Positions 47,601 to 57,971 of a stretch of 64,000 bases of DNA are shown here, one piece after another (within the stretch, counting starts at the first letter, position 1; each line of letters begins with the position of its first letter). The notes under the pieces were generated by a model, which was not told the origin of the DNA, searched no databases, and was given only the letters and a program-made list of their open reading frames with translations. The DNA is from Alloascoidea hylecoeti (lineage: Eukaryota), in the NCBI GenBank assembly GCA_001600815.1, contig BCKZ01000040.1, positions 1 through 64,000 of the forward strand, in the 5' to 3' direction. Position numbers and translations under genes: made by a program.

Positions 47601-48119
47601 ATGTCCTCGCAACCCTCAAGAAATTTCTCACTTCTGGTGGATCCAACACCTATGCCGGAAGGCATTCCCGATGTTCCTGAGGTTGGAGCAACCTCAGCAC
47701 CATTAAAATCAGCATCTTACTTCATTGGTGCACGTTGTTTGCCCTATAACGACGATTACATGTTATGTCAACAGGAGGCTAATGGAAGAGGCCCCATTGA
47801 TTGTTTGAAAGAAGGTCGACGTGTTACAAGATGTGCTATTTCTGTTTTGGAAGATATTAATAAGCATTGCTTGGATTCTTTTAGATTACATTGGCAATGT
47901 CTTGAACAAATGAATCATCAATTTAATGGATGTAGAAAAGCAGAACGATTACTGAACAAATGTGTTTTTGATAACCTGAAACTTGAAAAGGTTATTCCTG
48001 ATACACCCAAAAATGAGATTCCAATTCATTTACAAGAGAAGCCTATATACTTACCAAACGTTTCAGACCATGCATCAAACATTGCCTATAATAAGGCTAA
48101 AAGTGAAGGAAAAATATAA
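47601..48119 (+). CDS. NDUFA8: Complex I accessory subunit NDUFA8 (NUPM, ~20 kDa)
   Basis: EVGATSAPLKSASYFIGARC and CX9C-type pairs (CLKEGRRVTRC). Confidence 0.92.
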   Translation: MSSQPSRNFSLLVDPTPMPEGIPDVPEVGATSAPLKSASYFIGARCLPYNDDYMLCQQEANGRGPIDCLKEGRRVTRCAISVLEDINKHCLDSFRLHWQCLEQMNHQFNGCRKAERLLNKCVFDNLKLEKVIPDTPKNEIPIHLQEKPIYLPNVSDHASNIAYNKAKSEGKI

Positions 48120-48272
48120 GTGGTGAAAATATATATTTACACATATAATCAACTTACGTCTTCATCTATAATATATTGGAAAAAATTGCATTGCCTAATG
48201 TTTTACAAACATTGTAAATCTTGATTATAAACAACTAATAAATATGAAATGCCAATCAAACTAAATAAATAA

Positions 48273-50750
48273 CTATTCATCGTCCATCCTTTGTTCAAGA
48301 ATCTCATTTATTTTATTAGCAGCATAAGACAATTCAAATCTTAGTGCAATCTTTCCCGCAGCCTCTAAACCTTTAGTAGTCCCTAATAACTGAGCAAGAG
48401 CTAAAACTTTAGCACTTTTACCTTCAGAACAACTATATTGTATTAATCGTAATAGTACTTTATCTGTTGAAAATTGTTTTTCTGTTAATACTCCTCGTAA
48501 TTCTTCACCATCAATTTCACGATTGGTTTCCCAATCTTTAGATCCGACTAAATCTTCTATTAGACTTGTTAATATTGACCCTCGCATATAATTTTCCTCT
48601 AATGTTTTTCGATCATTTGTTTCTGATTCATTATTACCAGTTATAGATACTATTGGGATTTTAATGTCAAATTCATTAGGAATTGGTAATGGAATAACAG
48701 GATATCCATCACCACTTTTTAATATAATACAAATGAATTTATCGTTGTTTAATCCTAAAGGCCAATATGATTCATTTTTATCCTTTCTATCAATCATTTG
48801 TGTTGTATCTAATAAAGGAATCCAACGAGCTTGTAAAGGATGACGCCAATGTGATAAAACTAATAGAACACCATTACTATCATAAATACATGGGTCTCCC
48901 ATTGTTGAAAAGAATAATGATTTTAAATAACCAGAAGTTGGAATATCCAAGGTATCATTTTTCTGATATATCCTTTCCGTATTACAATTTTCAATCTGAT
49001 AAACCAAATCTCCAGATTGTGTTGATCTAACGCTGAAAAATATATCATTAAAAGCAATACATGAAACAATTTTATATTGTGCTTGTCTATAAACACCTAA
49101 TGGTATTCCAAAAGTATTATAGGTATAAACATAACCTTTTTCAGTGCAAACAAAAACCATACTTGATGATAAAGCAATTGATAAAATTTTATCTAATTTA
49201 TCTTCAAATATAATTTCCCAATTATCATTAATTCCTTCATGTTTTCTGTATAAAATAGTTGGATTATTTCCATCTTTTTTTTTACCGGAACATGCAAAAA
49301 GACAAGCATCTTCTGTTAATGATGCTAAATCAAATGATGCATAATCTTGAAAATGATATTCTCTATGTAAATCACGATCAAAGAAATTAACTGTAATTGT
49401 AAAATGATCATCTTGATCAACAGACCAACAATAACCAAGATAATTCATTGTTAAATAACGACGTTGATTTTTCCACGGTGTTGAACCAGGTTGAAAACAT
49501 TCATGTATTCTTCTATTGATAGTTGTATAAGCATTTTGTCTTTTTGATTTTTTCGAACCTTGTCCAAATAATACATCGATTTCATCTCTATCTCGTTTAG
49601 CTAGATTTGGAATATATCCAGCATGATCATCATCTTCTATCCATCCATCAAGATCATCTCCATCTATTCCTCCTGCTGCATCTTCCATGTCTGTGTCTTC
49701 TTTATTTACATCATCTCCTGTTTCACTACCTGATTCATTAGCTTCCCCATCGATAAACTTATTATCTTCGGTTTGTAATTGTTCAACATCATAAAATAAC
49801 AAAGTGCCATCTTTTGTACCAACATATATTTCTTTATTATTCTTACTCCATGCAATAGAAACACCATTTTTACACTCATATTGTTGATGAATTTCATGAG
49901 TTTCAACATTCCAAATATTTAAAATATTATCATTTAATGAAATTGATGCATATAATTTCCCACTTGGTGACCATAAATGATCAGTAATTGATCCATGATG
50001 ACCATTTTCAAAAGAGAAAATAGGTTTATAATCATTTATCGAAAAAATCATTATATCATGAGATTTTGAAGGTAAAGCAAATAAATTTCCATCTGGATGC
50101 CATTTTAATTTTGATGAAATAAATAATTCATCATTTTCTGTTCCATCTTCCATAAATCCAGCAATTAAAAAATCTGTTTTATTAACTTTTGGTGTAATAT
50201 CTGGAATTGAACGAATTAATTCAGGATCTTGTGAAGAAATTGAAAAAAATCTAACTATACCATCAGCAGAAGTTGTTGCAATTGTTGTACCAATAGGATT
50301 ATAAGAAACATGATTAACTGACACGTCATGATCAATAGTAATTATTTTAGTAATATCGTTAATATTAACAATTTTAACTGAATTTTCATCACATGCTGAT
50401 GCTATCCATTCCCCATCTGGACTAAAATCAACTTCCCTTATTGATAATGTTTGTCTTAAAATAGTTGAAACAAATTCACCAGTAGTATTTAAATGTATAT
50501 TAACTTCTCCATTATCAGTACAATAAGAGAAATATTTATTTGAAGCTGTTATGGAATAAGGTATATCATCTTCTTCTTTGACATCGATTGATATTGGTTC
50601 ATTACTTAAACCTTTTTCAAATCGACGGAATAAACCAGTTTGACTAGCTGTAATAAAAGCTCGACCATTTGGTGAAGATGTGACATATAAATACCCTTTG
50701 CTGGCATGTAGGGATTTTGTTTCCTTTGCTCCTTTGAGTTTTGGTGGCAT
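48273..50750 (-). CDS. CTF4: Replisome adaptor Ctf4/Mcl1 (WD40 + SepB domain)
   Basis: N-terminal WD40 repeats, FQPGSTPW...RRYL, GDPCIYDS.GVLL, WIPLLDT, YWPLG. Confidence 0.92.
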   Translation of the reverse strand: MPPKLKGAKETKSLHASKGYLYVTSSPNGRAFITASQTGLFRRFEKGLSNEPISIDVKEEDDIPYSITASNKYFSYCTDNGEVNIHLNTTGEFVSTILRQTLSIREVDFSPDGEWIASACDENSVKIVNINDITKIITIDHDVSVNHVSYNPIGTTIATTSADGIVRFFSISSQDPELIRSIPDITPKVNKTDFLIAGFMEDGTENDELFISSKLKWHPDGNLFALPSKSHDIMIFSINDYKPIFSFENGHHGSITDHLWSPSGKLYASISLNDNILNIWNVETHEIHQQYECKNGVSIAWSKNNKEIYVGTKDGTLLFYDVEQLQTEDNKFIDGEANESGSETGDDVNKEDTDMEDAAGGIDGDDLDGWIEDDDHAGYIPNLAKRDRDEIDVLFGQGSKKSKRQNAYTTINRRIHECFQPGSTPWKNQRRYLTMNYLGYCWSVDQDDHFTITVNFFDRDLHREYHFQDYASFDLASLTEDACLFACSGKKKDGNNPTILYRKHEGINDNWEIIFEDKLDKILSIALSSSMVFVCTEKGYVYTYNTFGIPLGVYRQAQYKIVSCIAFNDIFFSVRSTQSGDLVYQIENCNTERIYQKNDTLDIPTSGYLKSLFFSTMGDPCIYDSNGVLLVLSHWRHPLQARWIPLLDTTQMIDRKDKNESYWPLGLNNDKFICIILKSGDGYPVIPLPIPNEFDIKIPIVSITGNNESETNDRKTLEENYMRGSILTSLIEDLVGSKDWETNREIDGEELRGVLTEKQFSTDKVLLRLIQYSCSEGKSAKVLALAQLLGTTKGLEAAGKIALRFELSYAANKINEILEQRMDDE

Positions 50751-50961
50751 GATTGAAATTTAGTAAAGGAAGAAAGAAGAAAGAAGGTTGAATCAAAATT
50801 GAAGTTTCGTGTTTTTTTATTTTTCATTACGGTCGTGTCGCGTTACATAGAATTTAACTGCACATCCAATTGCATCAAAAATATTAAGATCAATATTAAT
50901 AAAAATAGTTATACAAAAATGTTTATAGTTATATTTATATTTAAATAGTTACAGAGATCAA

Positions 50962-51705
50962 TTACTCTCCAATATCTTCATTCCAAACTTCAGGTTTTTC
51001 AACAATAAATTTCTGCATCAATTCGTAGCAACCATCATGATGGACATTCAAAACCTCAACATTACGAGATCTAAGATAGTCTTCTCCTCCAACAAATGTT
51101 TTATTTTCGGCCAAGACAACTCTTTTAATGCCATATAGAAGGCATGCTCCAGTACACATATCACAAGGGCTGAGAGAAGTATACATCTAATGAAAGTTAA
51201 TCTTCATCCGATAGAGTAACGATAATCAAGTACTAAAGATTGTAAACAACTTACGGTGCATTTTCTATAATCACTAGCTTTCACTCTTCCAGCGTTTTCC
51301 AAAGCTGACATCTCGGCATGAAGAACAGCAGATCCCTAATCAAAGATGGTTGGTTTGGCTCAAAAAAATCATATGTTTTGTGTTTGTTTTCGTACCTCTT
51401 GGATTCGTTTATTATGTCCTCTACCCAAAACTCTCCCGTCTTCGTGGATCAAAGCAGCGCCTTATCACAATAAGAAAGAATCGTTAATGAAAAATGTCTT
51501 TTATCAAGTATAACAAATGTTTGACATACCTATTGGAACCCCACCTTCTTCATATCCTAAATGAAATAATAAAAATAGTATTGTTAAAGATCTGGTTCGT
51601 AAAAATTTCGCATCTGATAACTTATTGTAATCTATTAGCCATAAAAATACCTTTTTTTGCTTCCTCGAAAGCGATTTGTATTCCCAATTTATCATCAAAA
51701 GCCAT
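50962..51705 (-). CDS. FCY1: Cytosine deaminase, 150 aa; exons 51651-51705, 51530-51556, 51396-51460, 51255-51335, 50962-51186
   Basis: The spliced product has EGGVPIGAAL, GHNKRIQ, HAEMSAL and SPCDMC; four GT-AG introns keep the frame (453 nt). Confidence 0.93.
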
Positions 51706-51888
51706 TTTGTCAAAAATAAAGTGGAGAAAGAAATTTTTTCAAAAGGACTTGGATCTTTTAGCAAATCGAAGGATCTAAATAATTAAGGTTCCAGTTTAAT
51801 TTTGATACGCCAAGTTTACTTAACAACAAAACCTCCTTCACCAAATATACACAATTACACATTATAGAATTACAAACTCCCTACAACG

Positions 51889-52936
51889 ATGTCTTCCTCA
51901 AATCTCATAGAAAATTTTCCTTCAACATACTACAATGATGATGACTTTGATTCATCAGATGATGATTTTTTAACAACTCTTCCATTCCCTAAACCTCTTA
52001 ATAGGGATTCCTTTTCAGCTGAAGATTTTGAAATTGATGAATTTTTATGTTCTTCATATCAGTATAAAACTTTAGACGATTTAAAAGGTGAATTATCAAC
52101 ATTACAAAAAAAGATAAAACAAGAATTAGTTGATTTGGTTAATAATGATTATATTGATTTCATTAATTTGGGGAAAAGTTTAGAAGGAGGTGGTGCTAAA
52201 GTTGATGATATAAAAATGAATGTATTTAGGTATCAAAAGGAACTCAAAGTATGTAAACTAAGAGAAAATACCTATGAATGGTTTAATCACTCTTGTTTTT
52301 TGACTTGTTTCTAACATCCCGGTATAGTCTGTTCAATTAGATCTCAACAAATCAGCTGAAACAATAAATGAATTATTACAAGAGAGGAAAGAAATAAGCG
52401 AATTAAAAGTACAAATTTATATTTAACTCATAAACAAATTTGAATTTAACTAACAATTATATGGAATAGCAAACGGTACGATCAATGATTGTCATATCCC
52501 AGCAGCTTGACCTCTTAGATAGGACAATATTCTCATTATCGAAGGAAACGTAAGTGATTAACGCTTTTGTTTTTACGCATTTATCTCTTCTAGAGTATGA
52601 GTATCAACTAACCAAAGGTTATATAAATATAGACCTTCACTTGAGGACTTTAAATTTCTTATCTCCAACCTTGTATTGGTAATTCAACGAATAACAAAAT
52701 ATCCAATCAAAACCTTTTCAAAACATCCATTTATTGAATCACAATCTATAAGGGCTATTGAAATAAAAACTGAAGTTAAGGGTTTATTAGATTCAGCATT
52801 ACGGGTGACTTTAAATAAATCTAAAATAAATTCTTCTGATAAAGGATTAGATTTATTATCATTATTATCGATTTATAAAATACTGGGGTATGAGAAGGAT
52901 GCATTAGCAATAATAAAAGGAAAATCAAGGAGATGA
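51889..52936 (+). CDS. COG2: COG complex subunit 2, 274 aa; exons 51889-52248, 52328-52408, 52470-52549, 52633-52936
   Basis: LPFPKPL...YKTLDDL...ELVDLVNNDYIDFINLG; three introns with CTAAC branch points keep the frame. Confidence 0.85.
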
Positions 52937-54298
52937 AATAAAAATAGTTTGCATCTTATGTATATCATCTAATTTATATTTAACGAATATCATACACGAA
53001 CATTTTAATTTCCCTTTTCACCCTAAATTTAACCCGACGATATCAAAAATTGTTACATTTCAACCACGAATTGCAAAACCAGCAACAAATAATATTATTA
53101 AAAAATTAGTATTACACTATAATCTAAGTAATCTCATAATTTTGATAGTATATTTGTTGTTATTTATTTTTGTGAATCTTTTCATGGTGTTTGGCAAACC
53201 ACACATATACTTCGTTATTCTAATTAATGTTATAAATCTATGCCTATGCGGCCCAGGTTATAACTAAAAGAGCCCGTAGTCCCCAATTGATATAAGTTAT
53301 ATAATTACATAAGAAGCTGAACCAATCGTATTCAATTTACATGAATTTAAATAATGGAGGTATAAATACAGGATATTAGAAGTAAATTATAAAACATATA
53401 TCATCAAACCAATCTAACTTTTTTGGAACGAGGAATTATGAATGATCATGAGATCCATTAGTTTTTCTTTTAATTCTGATTTGTATTCTGACATTTGTGA
53501 TAAATATAAATTAACTTGAATTCATATGCTTTAGTTTTGTGATCGAGTTTATATGAGTAGAAATTTATAGTTTATTAATACTTACTTACTACCTGTGCAC
53601 ACATATTATCGATATATTTGAGAGATTTGGATGCTTTTTCTTATTCCTATAACACATTAATTGTGGAAACATCCTTAGTAATAATAATCTTTTAGAATAT
53701 AATATATTCTTCATTTCCGTGCTAATAATAAGGGGGATTTTATTTGAAACTGTTTACCTGCTTCACTATCACTCTACATTAATATTGTTGATTAAAAAAG
53801 TACCCTCCTTTTATCTTTTGCCACGAACCGGCCAGAATCCACTTTCATTGCGTTTTGATATTATTGTCATTTGCTATTTAATTTTTTGTCCACTGGAAGT
53901 TTCAAACTTTGGATATGTTAGTGGCTGGTACAGTTCCATAAACACAAGCAAAAATTTAAGTTGACACCTTATATTAGGGAAATAGGTGTCTAACTAATAT
54001 TCAGAACAAATGTATACTAATTATATCTAGTATAACTTCTATTAGGGGTGTTTATATTATAAGTCATATAATTCAAATTTATAAATACTATATTATCCGT
54101 CTCATGTATTACACTTAGTTCAAGTAGACTAGGTGGAACCTTCAATAATTAATCAATTCGCTTTTTACTACGCAGTTAATCTTCGCAGAAATAACCTTTT
54201 CCAAATTTGGAGTTTAAATTTTGTAATTAATTTAGAATCTAAGTTTGAGGTCCTATTCTGCTAATATCACCTGAATGGCTCTTATTCAACAACTTTTA

Positions 54299-55735
54299 TT
54301 ACTTTACTTTACTTGATAAATCTTGATAAATACAGGCACATTCACAAAAGATGTTATAAAGAGAGGTCTGACCTATCAGAAGTGATCCATCATCAGCCAT
54401 AAATTTTCCATTGTCTAGTTTTTGGTAAAATTCTCCCATCTTTTCAGCACAAACAGTTGATGTTTCCAAAGTCATAATTGCACTGGAACGTTTCAAACCG
54501 GTTAAATATTTTCTAGTTTTCACCAGTTGTTCGTATGTAGCCATTAAGGAACCAGAAATCGGTTCATATGATTCCAAAAATTTACTAGACAAAGACGTAC
54601 ATCTATCAATCAGATATATAAGAGTGGATTGACCTTTTAAAGGTTTACCTGCTTTATCAGCAAAGATTCCATTACTTCTTAAAGTATGGATTTTGTGTAG
54701 GATCTTACTGTTCTCATTAAGTCTATTCGTGATACCTTTATTCATCCATTTACCAGTTGGAAAAGTTATTAAACTTAAATCCCAAAAATATTTCACTTGG
54801 ACCAATTGTTCATAAAATGGTTTCAATGTATCATCCATCAACTCTTTGTAGTTATAATTGGTAGCACGAAAATCATCAAAAAGAGTTTTGCATTCTATAG
54901 AAAGTGAATAAATGAGGGATTCACCATGGAGTCCATCAGATATAGATGCTATTTCTTCATTTAAATTCTTTAATGTTGTTTCTAGTGATATAAATTCATT
55001 TTCTGATGACATCAATCTTGTTTTTTCTTCGGTTGTTTGTAATAAGTTTAAATTTTGATTCTTTTTATGTGAAGCCGCATACATTAAAATTGAAGGAAGA
55101 TTGATTATTCTTTTTTTTAGACTCAATAAAGAATCTAGGAATGGTAACAAAGTATTATCAATATTTAATATTTCATTATTAATCGTAGTTTCGAGTAAAG
55201 TTAATATTTCTTCACAAATTAAATATTTGCTTAAAACTAAAGGAAATATAACATCTTTCTTTTTAACTTTAGTATTATCAATTATAATTTTTATTTTATT
55301 GAGATTTAATTTTATTTTTATAATTGTTTCAGTATCATAAATTTTATTCTTTTTAATCTGATCAAGTAATCTTTTAATTATTGATAATTTATACAATTGA
55401 GTGGTTGGATGATTGTTCCTATCAATGGATACTGATAATACTATGAGAATATCATCAAGCATTAATTCCAAAGCTCGATCATTTATTGTTGGTACTTCTT
55501 GACACAAATTTGATTTTGATTTTGATTTTAATTGTGTATTATTTTTTTTCGATTTATTTGTATGTATTTTTTTGGATTGTGTTTGTGAATTTTTAACGTC
55601 TTGAATGAATGATTCTACTTTATGATAATGTTCCCAAAGAACATCTTCATTATTAGAACGCGCATTGTAAAATTGATAGGCATCATATCTGAGTTCTACT
55701 AGTTTTTGTTTTAATTTCAATTCGTAATCAGACAT
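54299..55735 (-). CDS. DUF2408 family (YPL260W/Cub1-like) protein, diverged
   Basis: Repeated L.P.YEQLV...NG.F....G....GQ..L...C units and ESYEPISGSL. Confidence 0.65.
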   Translation of the reverse strand: MSDYELKLKQKLVELRYDAYQFYNARSNNEDVLWEHYHKVESFIQDVKNSQTQSKKIHTNKSKKNNTQLKSKSKSNLCQEVPTINDRALELMLDDILIVLSVSIDRNNHPTTQLYKLSIIKRLLDQIKKNKIYDTETIIKIKLNLNKIKIIIDNTKVKKKDVIFPLVLSKYLICEEILTLLETTINNEILNIDNTLLPFLDSLLSLKKRIINLPSILMYAASHKKNQNLNLLQTTEEKTRLMSSENEFISLETTLKNLNEEIASISDGLHGESLIYSLSIECKTLFDDFRATNYNYKELMDDTLKPFYEQLVQVKYFWDLSLITFPTGKWMNKGITNRLNENSKILHKIHTLRSNGIFADKAGKPLKGQSTLIYLIDRCTSLSSKFLESYEPISGSLMATYEQLVKTRKYLTGLKRSSAIMTLETSTVCAEKMGEFYQKLDNGKFMADDGSLLIGQTSLYNIFCECACIYQDLSSKVK

Positions 55736-57971
55736 TAGTGATGATTATAACTTGAATCTATATGGTGCTTTAAGATTTGCTTTTGTGATTGAGTATGTAA
55801 GAAGATTAGAAGAAATTTATTTATTATGAAACTTACATACCACAAGATGCCAATTACATTTAATTAATTGAAAAACTTGAAATGAATATTATTATAATGA
55901 AAAGCTAGATCTACTGAAATAATATTACAGCATATTAACCGTTGGTAATTTTTTGAGTGATAATAGCAAATAAAGAAATATTCTTAGATTAAATGTAATA
56001 AAAAGGCATCTCACGATACCACGTATAAATAGTCTAAGAATTTTTAATCTTTATTCATTAATCTTTTTTACATATACCGTAGAATATAATTTTTGCTTTA
56101 ATCTTTAAACGTTTCACACCCTCAATTCAAACTTACAAATACAAATTAAATTGATATAAAAATGGTATAGGGCTTAAGCTTTATGACCAAGTTATTTAAA
56201 ATCTATGTTTGCAATTGAATATATTGGAGAAAAGATACAAAATATGTTCATCACAAAAGAATGTGACTTTTTGGCTACACATGGCAATCATTTTCTATTT
56301 TTGCATGGCAGTATTAATAAATAATTGCTTCTGATGTCCTAACATGCGGTGGATTTAATACTATCTTATAGATGAACCCTATAGGATATATATTTATTTC
56401 ACATCTTCACGACATATGGGGATTGAATTTGTAAATGTATAAAATATAATTGTTGAGTTGTTGTGATTGTTTTATTTAAACTAGTATACCGGATACTAAA
56501 ACAAAAATTCCCTGCAATTGTAATTTTAAAGTATCGAAATTGATAACGATAGGAATGTTGTAGCTCATAATTTTCGGGCTCCACTTTAAAAAATGTTTCA
56601 TAGTAATTATAGGAAGGTAAGGAATATGGTGGTGCAAAATTTTAAACTAGTACCCATGCTTTCAATAGTGCTTTTGTGTATACCAAGCGTTACCTTATAA
56701 GAATTTGAATATTAGAATCTAACAGAGATATATTTTAATTGTGAGTTTTTTTATTAAATATAATATAAAGCATTGAAAAGATGTTCCAGCCATTTAAAGG
56801 AGCGTCATTAATATATAAAAAATTCTTTGGCGTTATTCTCCTTTTGGATAAAGTTGTGAAAAGGGTTTCCACTAAATTTCGTCCATGATATGATTAAGTA
56901 TTAAGTTAGCGATTAATCGATGTATTATCACATGTTTGGTAAAGTTTATAAATGTTTATCGGCCACTTTTTGCACTAATATTCAGCTACGTATTGCATTC
57001 TTTCGAGTAATTTTATTCTGTTTGCATTCACATTTAGTATTTTCACCGAAAATAATATTGCTTTGTCTCATTTAATAAGGACTGTATAAATGTTGGTTTT
57101 GGTGGATCTGTGGATCATGTTGTACTGAAGCCCGCCGCACAGCGTGGTCAAATATTTAGTCCTCCCGTCGCTGAAATTAAACGGAAACACAATACCATTC
57201 AATAACAGGAACACCACCAGCGACTATGTATGACACATGGCAATCCACTGGAGTAATTAGAGAAGACATTTCCCCAATTGGGACTGGGAGAGAGACTATA
57301 GACTACTATAGCTATTTGTGGAATCTGCGAATAATTGGTACTGCATTTGTATTTAAATAGTTGCAAATGGATTTGATATATTTATTTCGTTATTCCGATA
57401 TGAATTGAATTCCAAGGAAATTAATTTAAAGTAAAAGATATACAACTGATAATTGAAAATAAATACCCATGGAAAAATAGTTTTGAGATAAATAGATAGT
57501 AAATTAAATATAAGCTTATTGTTCTATAAGTTATAAGCTTATAGCTGCATAGTTATAATATTCAAGTAAAATATATGAAACCACAATGTAACCAAAAGGT
57601 TAAGACAAATCAATTAAATATAAAGCGTAATATTTTATATACTTTTGAGAAATTAATTAGAATAATGAAAAAAGTTCAGAGTTTTATAGAGTTAAAAATA
57701 AAATGATTAATTATTAAAGATTAAATAATTGAATGTAGATGATATAGCAGTAAATAAAGACAGTTGAAAAAATAATATATATGCTGTAGGAATAGAGACG
57801 AAAGGCAAACAAAAATGAATTAATAAATAAATAGGATATTTATAAATACTATTATTTTAAATTTTAAATATAAAAAAAAGAAAAAAAAAAGTGGGAAAAA
57901 ATAGAAATTGATATGATCAGTAATCAGCAATCCATACATAATGCTTTTTAAATTTGAAAAATTTTGATTTT

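Noticed and set aside
46623..47665. Overlapping ORFs on NUP57 (poly-L, poly-I, poly-Y/C)
   Set aside because: Alternative-frame shadows of AAT/AAC codon runs.
57165..57225. TPP riboswitch resemblance (CTGAAATTAAACGG...ACCAGCGA)
   Set aside because: Lacks the UGAGA and CUUGAUC cores, and there is no thiamine gene or intron context.
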